DNA from: Flavobacterium sp.
GTDB taxonomy: Bacteria; Bacteroidota; Bacteroidia; Flavobacteriales; Flavobacteriaceae
Reading direction: 5' to 3'
NCBI RefSeq assembly: GCF_040383245.1
Contig: NZ_JBEIDX010000010.1
Location: 4,387 to 68,386 of the forward strand
Length of the DNA: 64,000 nucleotides
Position numbers and translations under genes: made by a program. Every line of letters starts with the position of its first letter. Within the stretch, counting starts at the first letter, position 1. The notes under the pieces were generated by a model. That model saw only the letters and a list, made by a program, of their open reading frames with translations, was not told where the DNA came from and searched no databases. Of this stretch, positions 28,415 through 37,522 are shown piece after piece.

Positions 28415-29590
28415 ATGAATTACATACTTTTTGACGGAACTGTTAGGGAGGCACTTTTGCCTTTTACATTTACCAGACCCGTTGCCGATATTCGAATAGG
28501 TATTTTAACCATTAGAGAAAAGTGGGAAAAATATTTGGGATATACCACCACTACAGTTACCGAAGAATATCTTTCGGAAAAGTTTCCTATGGTAGAGATG
28601 GAAAACAATGTAATGATTAATGCTTCTTTTTTACCTACTGCTTCATTAGTCGAAAAAATAAAAAGTCTTCAAGTTAATCAAGCGATTTTTGCTGGTGAAA
28701 CCGTAATTGCTTTTTATACAACCGAAACACAAGAAGAAGTTGATTTTGATACCTACGAAATCATCGAACACGAAGAAGCTGGTTTAACTGTGGAGCATAC
28801 TTGGGATATTTTTTCAAAAAATGATGCCGCTTTACGCGAAGATTTTGAATTGCTTACCGCAGATAGAAAATCGCAACCCATTCCAAAATCGGTGAATGTT
28901 ATTGCTCCTGAAAATATTTTTATTGAAGAAGGCGCCAAACTAGAATTTGTTACTTTAAATGCTGCTACAGGCCCTATTTATATTGGTGCCAATTCCGAAA
29001 TAATGGAAGGTTCGGTAATTAGAGGGCCCTTTGCTTTATGTGAATCAGGAAGAGTGAAATTAGCAACTAAAGTTTATGGTGCAACTACTGTTGGCCCGCA
29101 TTCTGTAATTGGAGGCGAAGTGAATAATTCAGTTCTTTTTGGATATTCCAATAAAGGGCACGATGGATTTTTAGGAAATTCGGTTTTAGGCGAATGGTGT
29201 AATATTGGTGCAGATAGCAACAATTCCAACCTTAAAAACAATTACGAACCGGTTAAATTGTGGAGTTACGAAACGGAGAATTTTGCTCAAACCGGACTTC
29301 AATTTTGCGGATTAATGATGGGAGATCACAGTAAATGCGGAATCAACACCATGTTCAACACCGGAACTGTGGTTGGCGTAAGTGCTAATATTTTTGGCTC
29401 TGGGTTTCCCCGAAATTTTGTTCCTAGTTATTCTTGGGGCGGGGCTTCCGGATTTACAACATATCAAACAAATAAGGTGTTTCAAACAGCTAAAATTGTT
29501 ATGGCTCGCCGAAATGTAGAATTTACAGAAGTAGATGCTAAAATATTAGAAGTAGTTTTTGAAGAAACAAAAAAGTATAGAAAAGAATAA
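28415..29590 (+). CDS. GlmU-family putative sugar nucleotidyltransferase/acyltransferase (left-handed beta-helix)
   Basis: N-terminal nucleotidyltransferase-like fold (LLPFTFTRPVADIRIG) and C-terminal hexapeptide repeats. Confidence 0.8.
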   Translation: MNYILFDGTVREALLPFTFTRPVADIRIGILTIREKWEKYLGYTTTTVTEEYLSEKFPMVEMENNVMINASFLPTASLVEKIKSLQVNQAIFAGETVIAFYTTETQEEVDFDTYEIIEHEEAGLTVEHTWDIFSKNDAALREDFELLTADRKSQPIPKSVNVIAPENIFIEEGAKLEFVTLNAATGPIYIGANSEIMEGSVIRGPFALCESGRVKLATKVYGATTVGPHSVIGGEVNNSVLFGYSNKGHDGFLGNSVLGEWCNIGADSNNSNLKNNYEPVKLWSYETENFAQTGLQFCGLMMGDHSKCGINTMFNTGTVVGVSANIFGSGFPRNFVPSYSWGGASGFTTYQTNKVFQTAKIVMARRNVEFTEVDAKILEVVFEETKKYRKE

Positions 29591-29612
29591 AATTGATTTG
29601 ATATACGAATAT

Positions 29613-29644
29613 TTTCAAATCTTCAAATTGAATAATCTTCAAAT
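29613..29644 (+). repeat. 8-nt phased microrepeat (tTTCAAAT/cTTCAAAT) abutting the mtaB promoter
   Basis: Units at 29613, 29621, (29629) and 29637. The 12-mer AATCTTCAAATT occurs at 29618 and 29634. Confidence 0.7.
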
Positions 29645-29649
29645 TAAAT

Positions 29650-29657
29650 TATATTTG
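29650..29657 (+). promoter_or_regulatory. -7 box TAtaTTTG for mtaB
   Basis: tatatttgccct 45 nt upstream of ATG 29702. Confidence 0.5.
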
Positions 29658-29701
29658 CCCTCTCAATTTTTTGACAACGATTTCATTAATTGAGTTTATC
29701 T

Positions 29702-31021
29702 ATGGAAAACAAAAAAAAAGTAGCATTCTATACCCTTGGGTGTAAACTTAATTTCTCCGAAACATCTACCATTGCGAGAAATTTTCAAAACGAAGGATTT
29801 GACCGCGTTGAATTTGAAGAAGTTGCCGATATTTATGTAATAAATACCTGCTCAGTAACCGAAAATGCAGATAAACAATTTAAACAAATTGTAAAAAAAG
29901 CCACAAAACTTAATGACAAAGCCTTTATCGCTGCGGTGGGTTGCTACGCGCAATTAAAACCCGAGGAGTTGGTTGCTGTGGATGGCGTAGACTTGGTTCT
30001 TGGTGCTACCGAAAAATTTAAAATCACCGATTATATTAATGACTTAGCCAAAAATGATATTGGAGAAGTACATTCTTGTGAAATTGAAGAAGCCGATTTT
30101 TATGTTGGCAGTTATTCAATTGGCGATCGAACTCGTGCTTTCTTAAAAGTGCAAGACGGTTGTGATTATAAATGTACCTATTGCACGATTCCATTGGCAA
30201 GAGGGATTTCTAGAAGTGATGCTTTAGAGAATGTTTTGAAAAATGCTTCGGAGATTTCCCAACAAGGAATAAAAGAAATTGTGCTTACCGGAGTGAATAT
30301 TGGTGATTATGGTAAAGGCGAATTCGGAAATAAAAAACACGAACATACTTTTCTAGATTTAGTAAAAGCATTGGATGAAGTAGAAGGAATTGAGCGCTTG
30401 CGAATTTCCTCTATCGAACCTAATTTACTTAAAAATGAAACCATAGATTTTGTTTCTAAAAGTCGCACTTTTGTGCCTCATTTTCATATTCCGTTGCAAT
30501 CTGGAAGCAATGAAATTCTTAAGAAAATGAAACGCCGTTATCAAAGAGAGGTATATACAGAGCGTGTTTCAAAGATAAGAGAAGTAATGCCTCATGCTTG
30601 TATTGGTGTGGATGTTATTGTTGGTTTTCCTGGTGAAACCGATGAAGATTTTCTTGAAACGTATCATTTTTTGAATGATTTAGAGATTTCGTATTTGCAT
30701 GTTTTTACTTATTCTGAAAGAGATAATACCGAAGCTGCAGCAATGGAGGGTGTTGTTCCTATGAATGTGCGTTCCAAAAGAAGTAAAATGTTACGAGGAT
30801 TATCTGTAAAAAAACGTCGTGCTTTTTATGAAACTCAAATTGGCTCTAATAGAACCGTTTTATTTGAAGGTGAAAACAAAGAAGGCTACATTCACGGGTT
30901 TACAGAGAATTACGTGAAAGTAAAAACCCCTTGGAATCCTGAATTGGTGAATACATTGCATCAAGTAAAACTTACGCATATTGATGAAGACGGGAGCGTG
31001 AGAATGGATTTCTTGAATTAA
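29702..31021 (+). CDS. mtaB: tRNA (t6A37) methylthiotransferase MtaB
   Basis: MTTase N-domain (YTLGCKLNFSE, INTCSVT), radical SAM CDYKCTYC, TRAM-like C-terminus. The ORF-track start 29690 is TTG; ATG 29702 is preferred. Confidence 0.9.
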   Translation: MENKKKVAFYTLGCKLNFSETSTIARNFQNEGFDRVEFEEVADIYVINTCSVTENADKQFKQIVKKATKLNDKAFIAAVGCYAQLKPEELVAVDGVDLVLGATEKFKITDYINDLAKNDIGEVHSCEIEEADFYVGSYSIGDRTRAFLKVQDGCDYKCTYCTIPLARGISRSDALENVLKNASEISQQGIKEIVLTGVNIGDYGKGEFGNKKHEHTFLDLVKALDEVEGIERLRISSIEPNLLKNETIDFVSKSRTFVPHFHIPLQSGSNEILKKMKRRYQREVYTERVSKIREVMPHACIGVDVIVGFPGETDEDFLETYHFLNDLEISYLHVFTYSERDNTEAAAMEGVVPMNVRSKRSKMLRGLSVKKRRAFYETQIGSNRTVLFEGENKEGYIHGFTENYVKVKTPWNPELVNTLHQVKLTHIDEDGSVRMDFLN

Positions 31022-31359
31022 TACTTCGAGTCAAACTTAATCTTAGTGATTCTAAAAACAGTCTCGCTGTATTGTTCAACGAATTCATATTTGTGTCGTC
31101 CAGGCTGCTTGAATTCTACAATTCTTTCGCCCGAAATTTCATAATACATACTAGAACCTTCCAGCATAAAACGGCCGCCTTTTTTGCGATAAGCCGAACG
31201 AATTAAATCAAATTTTGATAAGTTCCATGTAGTAAATTCGGGATCTAAATCATGATGATCACTTAGTAATCCTTCGGTGATTTCGGTTTTGCAACCATAA
31301 TATTTCTCAATGGTTTCAAAAAAAGAGAGTACGGTAGTATTGAGTTCGTCCAAATTCAT
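31018..31359 (-). CDS. hypothetical protein (113 aa), no recognisable domain
   Basis: Clean ORF with codon usage like its neighbours. Its stop shares the tetranucleotide TTAA with the mtaB stop. Confidence 0.55.
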   Translation of the reverse strand: MNLDELNTTVLSFFETIEKYYGCKTEITEGLLSDHHDLDPEFTTWNLSKFDLIRSAYRKKGGRFMLEGSSMYYEISGERIVEFKQPGRHKYEFVEQYSETVFRITKIKFDSKY

Positions 31360-31384
31360 TTTGTAAATATAGAAAATACTAAAT

Positions 31385-31430
31385 AAAAAATTCCAAACAC
31401 CATTTATAAGGATACAAATGGCATTCGGAA
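31385..31430 (-). terminator. intrinsic terminator after the small GNAT-like gene
   Basis: A 15-bp stem (31391-31405 / 31416-31430) is complete only on the minus strand, where three A-C mismatches become G-U pairs. Followed by U6 (31385-31390). Confidence 0.8.
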
Positions 31431-31455
31431 TTCAGATTTGGGATTTTTAAACGAA

Positions 31456-31740
31456 TTATATTTTGATACCCGGAGGTAATAAGTCTTTGTAAGTTGGATT
31501 TTTTCTGAAGAAAAGCGCAATTTTCGGCAAAATAGGAACCACTTTTAGTTTGCGTTCGTATGCAATATCCATAACGTTTTTCAAGAAATTGGTAATTAAT
31601 TCTTCATCAGAAAATCCCTCAGGAAGATTGATGCGCGTCAGAAAAATTTTCTTTTCTTGAAAGGAATATTCTAGGGAAAGCAATTTTCCATCCACCATAA
31701 TCTCAAATTGACGAGCGAAGGTATTGTCTTTAATATCCAT
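31456..31740 (-). CDS. small GNAT-like (YjdJ-type) N-acetyltransferase domain protein
   Basis: About 94 aa from ATG 31740. ...FEIMVDGKLLSLEYSF...LKVVPILPKIALFFRKNPTYKDL resembles the single-domain YjdJ/GNAT_2 family. Confidence 0.65.
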   Translation of the reverse strand: MDIKDNTFARQFEIMVDGKLLSLEYSFQEKKIFLTRINLPEGFSDEELITNFLKNVMDIAYERKLKVVPILPKIALFFRKNPTYKDLLPPGIKI

Positions 31741-31847
31741 TTTTTCTGAAATTATTTCTGAGTTCAAATTCAATTCTATTTTAATTGATTAATTTTAGGC
31801 AAATTTCGGAATAATTAATGGATAAAACCACTGAAATAAGTTAAAAT

Positions 31848-32513
31848 ATGACAAAAATCCCAGTTTATTTTATGCCTGGCTTGGCGGCAAGTTCTTCAAT
31901 TTTTGAACGAATTGTATTGCCAAGTGAGTCTTTCGAGGTTATTCTATTGGATTGGGTGCAACCTAAAAAGGATGAAACGCTAGTTTCTTATGCTCAGCGA
32001 ATGGCTGAAAAAGTAGTTCATGAAAATGCTGTATTGGTTGGTGTTTCTTTTGGTGGAATTTTAGTGCAAGAAATGGCAGCTTTTTTAAACCTTAAAAAAT
32101 TAATTATTATCTCAAGCGTGAAGACACGAGACGAAATGCCACGAAGAATAAAATTTGCCAAAATGACTAAAGCTTATAAGCTGCTTCCTACAAGTTTATT
32201 GAACAATGTGGAAAAATTAATCAAATACTCTTTTGGAAATGTGATCAATCAAAAGTTGAAATTATATGAAAAATTCCTACACTTGCGAAATAAAGAATAT
32301 TTAGATTGGGCTATCGAGCAAGTGGTTTGTTGGGAGAGAAGTGTTCCGGATCCTAAGGTAATTCATATTCATGGCGATTTGGATGAGGTTTTTCCGGCCA
32401 AGAATATCAATTCTTTTATACCAATAAAAGGCGGAACACACATTATGATATTAAACCGTTTTAGATGGTTTAACCAATATTTACCAGATATTATTTTAAA
32501 ACCAGAAATCTAA
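31848..32513 (+). CDS. alpha/beta hydrolase
   Basis: Nucleophile elbow GVSFGG; C-terminal GGTHIM (His of the triad). Confidence 0.8.
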   Translation: MTKIPVYFMPGLAASSSIFERIVLPSESFEVILLDWVQPKKDETLVSYAQRMAEKVVHENAVLVGVSFGGILVQEMAAFLNLKKLIIISSVKTRDEMPRRIKFAKMTKAYKLLPTSLLNNVEKLIKYSFGNVINQKLKLYEKFLHLRNKEYLDWAIEQVVCWERSVPDPKVIHIHGDLDEVFPAKNINSFIPIKGGTHIMILNRFRWFNQYLPDIILKPEI

Positions 32514-32531
32514 TTTGTGGTTCCCTTTTTG

Positions 32532-32539
32532 TAATTTTG
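32532..32539 (+). promoter_or_regulatory. -7 box TAatTTTG for the lytic transglycosylase gene
   Basis: taattttg 23 nt upstream of ATG 32562. Confidence 0.45.
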
Positions 32540-32561
32540 TTTCCTACTTAATAATTATTAA

Positions 32562-33455
32562 ATGAATAAGAAATCGATTTTCGGAGCTTTATTATTGCTT
32601 GTGTTTTCAAGTGCTTTGTTTGTATTTGCACTTTCAAACGATGATAAAAAGAAATTGTTACACGAAGGAACGGCGCAATATTTTCCAACAGCAATCGATT
32701 TTGCTGGAGAGAAAGCACCGCTTCAAATTGCCGATGTACGAGAGCGACTAGATAGAGAATTGTTGGTTAATGCCAACTTACATTCGTCAACGATATTAAT
32801 AATGAAGCGCGCCAATAGAGCCTTTCCAATCATAGAACCCATTTTAAAACAATATGGCGTGCCCGATGATTTTAAATATTTGGCAGTTATTGAAAGTGCG
32901 CTGACCAATGCCGTTTCTCCGTCGGGAGCAAAAGGCGTTTGGCAATTCATGCCCGATACCGCTAAAGAAAAAGGGATGGAAGTGAATGAAGGCGTGGATG
33001 AGCGCTATCATTTGCAAAAAGCAACCGAAGCGGCTTGTAAATATTTGGTTGCTGCCAAACAAAAATTCGGAAACTGGACCTTAGCTGCAGCATCTTATAA
33101 TGGAGGAATGAATGGCGTAAATACCAAAATAGTTGAACAACAAGTAACCGATTATTATGATTTGCTTTTAACCGATGAAACTTCGAGGTATGTATTCCGA
33201 ATATTGGCCTTAAAAGAAATCATGAAGCACCCTGAATTATATGGTTTCGAAGTAGATAAAAACGAAATGTATGATAACATTCCAACTAAAACCATTGAAG
33301 TAGATAGTTCCATAACAGATTTGGCGGTGTTTGCTAAGAAACAAGGAATTAATTATAAGATACTTAAAATCCACAATCCCTGGTTGCGTGATAAAAAACT
33401 ATCCAACCCAACCAAAAAGAAATATGTGATTGAAATTCCAACTTCGGGATATTAA
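32562..33455 (+). CDS. lytic transglycosylase (SLT) domain protein
   Basis: VIESALTNAVSPSGAKGVWQFMPDTAKEKGM (catalytic Glu and GxWQFM motif), AASYNGG. Confidence 0.88.
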   Translation: MNKKSIFGALLLLVFSSALFVFALSNDDKKKLLHEGTAQYFPTAIDFAGEKAPLQIADVRERLDRELLVNANLHSSTILIMKRANRAFPIIEPILKQYGVPDDFKYLAVIESALTNAVSPSGAKGVWQFMPDTAKEKGMEVNEGVDERYHLQKATEAACKYLVAAKQKFGNWTLAAASYNGGMNGVNTKIVEQQVTDYYDLLLTDETSRYVFRILALKEIMKHPELYGFEVDKNEMYDNIPTKTIEVDSSITDLAVFAKKQGINYKILKIHNPWLRDKKLSNPTKKKYVIEIPTSGY

Positions 33456-33456
33456 T

Positions 33457-33486
33457 AAAAAAAGGGCTTTAAAGCCCTTTTTTTAT
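33457..33486. terminator. bidirectional terminator between convergent genes
   Basis: aaagggct / agcccttt hairpin flanked by A- and T-runs. Confidence 0.7.
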
Positions 33487-33488
33487 TT

Positions 33489-33537
33489 CTTCCATCTTCC
33501 ATCTTCCAACTTCCATCTTCTGTCTTCCGTCTTCCAA
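33489..33537. repeat. heptanucleotide tandem repeat CTTCCAT x7 (degenerate)
   Basis: cttccat cttccat cttccaa cttccat cttctgt cttccgt cttccaa, lying between the terminator and the stop codon (33543) of the minus-strand gene. Confidence 0.9.
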
Positions 33538-33542
33538 CTCAT

Positions 33543-34058
33543 TTATATTTTCTTCATTTGATCTTTCATCAACTTGATTTGATCTTTCAGCATTCCTTGC
33601 TTGTCTAATTTTTTAACCTCATTGATTAAGTTGGTTGCTTCTAGTTTTCTTCTTCTAGAAAGTGCCACACCAGCCAAGTTTAATTTGGCAACAGCCAAAT
33701 CCATATCCATACTTAATCCCAATTCAATTGCTTTTTTAAAGTGTTTTTCAGCTTGAATTAAGTTGGTTTGAGACAACATCAACCCTTGAAGGTAGTTGTA
33801 ATATCCTTGTTGTTTTCTTACTAAGGCCGTTTCTGGGTTCTTAATTTTCATCAACCATTTATTAGCTCCTTCAAAATTTTGCTTACGCAATTGCAAAAAA
33901 GCCATTAAAATGTATTCGTTTTTATAATATAGAAAAACAGGAACGATCGTTAATAAGATAAGAAAAATCCCGTTTCCTGTGTTGCTTTCTGTGAATTGCC
34001 ATACCGAAGTTGTTAATAGAAGTACCGCAAGAACCAATTTGATATTTTTGTGAAACAT
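33543..34058 (-). CDS. membrane-anchored TPR-like protein
   Basis: Two N-terminal TM helices followed by TPR-like helical repeats (AEKHFKKAIELG...). Confidence 0.6.
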   Translation of the reverse strand: MFHKNIKLVLAVLLLTTSVWQFTESNTGNGIFLILLTIVPVFLYYKNEYILMAFLQLRKQNFEGANKWLMKIKNPETALVRKQQGYYNYLQGLMLSQTNLIQAEKHFKKAIELGLSMDMDLAVAKLNLAGVALSRRRKLEATNLINEVKKLDKQGMLKDQIKLMKDQMKKI

Positions 34059-34142
34059 AATTTATTTAATTTAGGTTACAAAGGTAATAAAAGGTTTTTA
34101 AAATATTTTTAAAAAACTACTTGCAAGTAATAAAAACCTTTG

Positions 34143-34150
34143 TATATTTG
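34143..34150 (+). promoter_or_regulatory. -7 box TAtaTTTG for rpmH
   Basis: tatatttgcact with an upstream ttg; about 58 nt before ATG 34209. Confidence 0.55.
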
Positions 34151-34208
34151 CACTCGGTTTTAAAAGAGCCTATCAAATAGATTAATATACGATTAAAGAT
34201 AAAAAGCA

Positions 34209-34370
34209 ATGAGCAAAAGAACGTTTCAACCATCGAAAAGAAAAAGAAGAAATAAACACGGATTTATGGACAGAATGGCTTCTGCAAATGGAAGAAAAGT
34301 CCTTGCTCGTCGTAGAGCTAAAGGAAGACATAAATTGACTGTTTCTAGCGAACCAAGACACAAAAAATAA
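34209..34370 (+). CDS. rpmH: 50S ribosomal protein L34
   Basis: Absent from the ORF track (53 aa). My translation [53 protein letters not shown] is the canonical L34 sequence. Confidence 0.95.
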
Positions 34371-34392
34371 TGATTAAGAATTAATCAATATT

Positions 34393-34427
34393 AAGCCGTT
34401 ACTTTTATTAGTAGCGGCTTTTTTTTA
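34393..34427 (+). terminator. intrinsic terminator after rpmH
   Basis: aagccgttac / gtagcggctt 10-bp stem plus a T8 run. Confidence 0.8.
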
Positions 34428-34459
34428 AACTTGTTTATAAAATTTAATAAGTTTTTGAA

Positions 34460-34537
34460 GCTATTTCCCGCTATCCGCTGCAATCTTTTTAATTTTAAAG
34501 AAAAATTTAAAAAGTATTTTCACTGCTATCGGGGCTA
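34460..34537 (-). repeat. bipartite intergenic element, copy B (inverted relative to 6277..6322)
   Basis: The reverse complement reads TAGCCCCGATAGCAGTG ...43-nt AT spacer... GCAGCGGATAGCGGGAAATAGC. The halves match copy A at 13/16 and about 12/14 positions. Confidence 0.55.
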
Positions 34538-34575
34538 AGAAAAAATAACAACACAACAATTACAAATAAACTACA

Positions 34576-37428
34576 ATGCCAAAAGACAACGCTATAAAAT
34601 CCGTATTAATTATAGGTTCAGGTCCAATCGTAATCGGGCAAGCATGCGAATTTGATTACGCTGGTTCTCAGTCAGCTCGTTCCATCCGTGAAGAAGGAAT
34701 AGAAGTAATCTTAATCAATTCCAATCCAGCAACCATAATGACCGATCCATCCATGGCCGATCATATATATTTGTTGCCACTTACAACCAAATCGATAATT
34801 CAAATATTAAAAGAGCACCCACAAATTGATGCTGTACTTCCAACTATGGGAGGCCAAACAGCCTTAAATCTTTGCTTGGAAGCCGATGAAAAAGGAATTT
34901 GGAAAGACTTTGGAGTAAAATTAATTGGAGTCGATGTAAATGCCATCAACATTACCGAAGACCGCGAACAATTTAAGCAATTGTTAGAACGAATAAATGT
35001 TCCTACTGCACCTGCAAAAACAGCCACTTCCTTCTTGCAAGGAAAAGAAATAGCACAAGAATTTGGTTTTCCATTAGTTATTCGTCCATCCTTTACTCTT
35101 GGTGGAACTGGAGCCGCTTTCGTGCATTCCAAAGAAGAATTTGACGAAAAACTAACCTACGGATTAGAAATGTCGCCAATTCACGAAGTCTTAATTGATA
35201 AGGCTTTGTTAGGTTGGAAAGAATACGAATTGGAACTTTTGCGGGATAAAAACGATAATGTAGTTATCATTTGTTCTATTGAAAATATGGATCCTATGGG
35301 AATCCACACCGGAGATTCAATTACGGTAGCGCCAGCAATGACATTATCGGATACGACCTTCCAAAAAATGCGTGATTATGCGATTTTGATGATGCGTTCC
35401 ATCGGAAACTTTGCTGGAGGTTGTAACGTGCAATTCGCCGTTTCACCAGATGAAAAAGAAGATATTGTTGCCATCGAAATTAACCCTCGTGTGTCCCGTT
35501 CTTCTGCTTTAGCATCTAAAGCAACGGGTTATCCAATTGCTAAAATTGCATCCAAATTGGCTTTGGGGTATCATTTAGATGAACTGCAAAATCAAATTAC
35601 AAAATCTACTTCGGCTTTATTTGAGCCAACTTTAGATTATGTGATCGTGAAAATTCCGCGTTGGAACTTCGATAAATTTGAAGGAGCCGACCGAACTTTA
35701 GGTCTTCAAATGAAATCGGTAGGAGAGGTAATGGGAATTGGGCGTTCGTTTCAAGAAGCTTTACACAAAGCAACCCAGTCGCTAGAAATTAAACGCAACG
35801 GACTAGGAGCAGACGGAAAAGGATATAAAAACTACGAACAAATTATAGAGAAACTAACCTACGCAAGTTGGGATCGTGTTTTTGTGATTTATGATGCCAT
35901 TCAAATGGGAATTCCGTTGAGTAGAATTCATGAAATCACTAAAATCGACATGTGGTTCTTGAAACAATACGAAGAATTGTATTTGTTAGAAAGAGAAATC
36001 TCAACTTACAAATTAGATTCGTTACCAAAAGAATTATTACTAGAAGCCAAACAAAAAGGCTACGGCGATCGCCAAATAGCGCACATGTTGGGTTGTTTAG
36101 AAAGTCAGGTTTATAAACTGCGTCACGATCAAAACATAAACCGTGTTTATAAATTGGTTGATACCTGTGCGGCCGAATTTAAAGCGCAAACGCCTTATTA
36201 TTACTCTACTTTCGAAGCCGATATTCAAACTCCTAACGGAGAACGATATGTGCACAATGAAAGTATCGTAACCGATAAAAAGAAAGTAGTTGTTTTAGGT
36301 TCGGGACCAAACCGAATTGGGCAAGGAATTGAGTTTGATTATTCCTGTGTTCACGGAGTTTTGGCTGCCAAAGAGTGTGGCTATGAAACCATCATGATTA
36401 ATTGCAACCCAGAAACAGTTTCTACCGATTTTGATACGGCCGATAAATTGTATTTCGAGCCTGTTTTTTGGGAACACATTTACGACATCATTCAGCATGA
36501 AAAACCAGAAGGGGTGATTGTGCAATTAGGTGGTCAAACGGCTTTGAAATTGGCTGAAAAATTATCTAAATACGGAATCAAAATTCTAGGAACTTCATTC
36601 GATGCTCTAGATTTAGCTGAAGACAGAGGTCGTTTTTCTGAATTGTTAACCGAATTGGATATTCCATTCCCAAAATTCGGAATTGCAGAAAGTGCCGACG
36701 AAGCTTCAAAATTAGCAGATAGTTTAGACTTTCCATTATTAGTTCGTCCTTCGTATGTATTGGGTGGACAAGGAATGAAAATTGTAATCAACAAGCAAGA
36801 ATTAGAAGAGCATGTAATTGATTTATTAAAGAGCATTCCTGGAAATAAATTATTGCTCGATCATTATTTAGATGGTGCTATTGAAGCCGAAGCCGATGCA
36901 ATTTGCGACGGTGAAAATGTATACATCATCGGAATTATGGAGCACATTGAACCGTGCGGAATTCACTCAGGTGATTCTAATGCAACCTTGCCACCGTTTA
37001 ATTTGGGTGAATTTGTAATGCAACAAATTAAAGACCACACCAAGAAAATTGCATTGGCCTTGCGTACCGTTGGTTTAATAAACATTCAGTTTGCTATAAA
37101 AGACGATATCGTTTATATTATTGAAGCCAATCCAAGAGCTTCAAGAACGGTTCCGTTTATTGCAAAAGCTTACGGTGAACCGTATGTGAATTATGCTACC
37201 AAAGTAATGTTGGGTGAAAAGAAAGTAACCGATTTTAAATTCAATCCACATTTAAAAGGATATGCAATTAAACAACCGGTATTCTCTTTTAGTAAGTTCC
37301 AAAATGTGAATAAAGCCCTAGGACCCGAAATGAAATCAACCGGCGAAAGCATCTTGTTTATTGAGGATTTAAAAGACGACCAATTCTATGAATTGTACTC
37401 CCGACGCAAAATGTATTTGAGTAAATAA
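34576..37428 (+). CDS. carB: carbamoyl-phosphate synthase large subunit (short form, no C-terminal MGS-like allosteric domain)
   Basis: Two ATP-grasp halves (GSGPIVIGQACEFDYAGSQ / GSGPNRIGQGIEFDYSCVH). Ends about 30 aa after GPEMKSTGE. Confidence 0.96.
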   Translation: MPKDNAIKSVLIIGSGPIVIGQACEFDYAGSQSARSIREEGIEVILINSNPATIMTDPSMADHIYLLPLTTKSIIQILKEHPQIDAVLPTMGGQTALNLCLEADEKGIWKDFGVKLIGVDVNAINITEDREQFKQLLERINVPTAPAKTATSFLQGKEIAQEFGFPLVIRPSFTLGGTGAAFVHSKEEFDEKLTYGLEMSPIHEVLIDKALLGWKEYELELLRDKNDNVVIICSIENMDPMGIHTGDSITVAPAMTLSDTTFQKMRDYAILMMRSIGNFAGGCNVQFAVSPDEKEDIVAIEINPRVSRSSALASKATGYPIAKIASKLALGYHLDELQNQITKSTSALFEPTLDYVIVKIPRWNFDKFEGADRTLGLQMKSVGEVMGIGRSFQEALHKATQSLEIKRNGLGADGKGYKNYEQIIEKLTYASWDRVFVIYDAIQMGIPLSRIHEITKIDMWFLKQYEELYLLEREISTYKLDSLPKELLLEAKQKGYGDRQIAHMLGCLESQVYKLRHDQNINRVYKLVDTCAAEFKAQTPYYYSTFEADIQTPNGERYVHNESIVTDKKKVVVLGSGPNRIGQGIEFDYSCVHGVLAAKECGYETIMINCNPETVSTDFDTADKLYFEPVFWEHIYDIIQHEKPEGVIVQLGGQTALKLAEKLSKYGIKILGTSFDALDLAEDRGRFSELLTELDIPFPKFGIAESADEASKLADSLDFPLLVRPSYVLGGQGMKIVINKQELEEHVIDLLKSIPGNKLLLDHYLDGAIEAEADAICDGENVYIIGIMEHIEPCGIHSGDSNATLPPFNLGEFVMQQIKDHTKKIALALRTVGLINIQFAIKDDIVYIIEANPRASRTVPFIAKAYGEPYVNYATKVMLGEKKVTDFKFNPHLKGYAIKQPVFSFSKFQNVNKALGPEMKSTGESILFIEDLKDDQFYELYSRRKMYLSK

Positions 37429-37432
37429 CAAC

Positions 37433-37464
37433 AAAATCCCAAGTGAAAGCTTGGGATTTTTTTT
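37433..37464 (+). terminator. intrinsic terminator after carB
   Basis: aatcccaag / cttgggatt stem plus a T-run. Confidence 0.8.
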
Positions 37465-37522
37465 ATGAAATTACTGTAATTAAACTTATCTTCGCTTTTA
37501 GATAATTTCTTAGTTATTACCA

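Noticed and set aside
31018-31773. Small GNAT-like gene plus 113-aa hypothetical gene as a GNAT toxin-antitoxin pair
   Set aside because: The two genes are separated by a strong minus-strand terminator (31385..31430). The GNAT is the roughly 94-aa YjdJ type rather than a TacT/AtaT-type toxin. The partner has no RHH or HTH features.
33489-33537. Short tandem repeats (here and at 7462 and 29613) considered as a CRISPR array or mini-array
   Set aside because: The units are 7-8 nt with no spacers of unique sequence and no cas genes. They are microsatellite-type repeats, not CRISPR.
34800-36836. Antisense ORFs (110, 76 and 100 aa) inside carB
   Set aside because: carB is unambiguous across this span. 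The antisense ORFs have no motifs, promoters or terminators.
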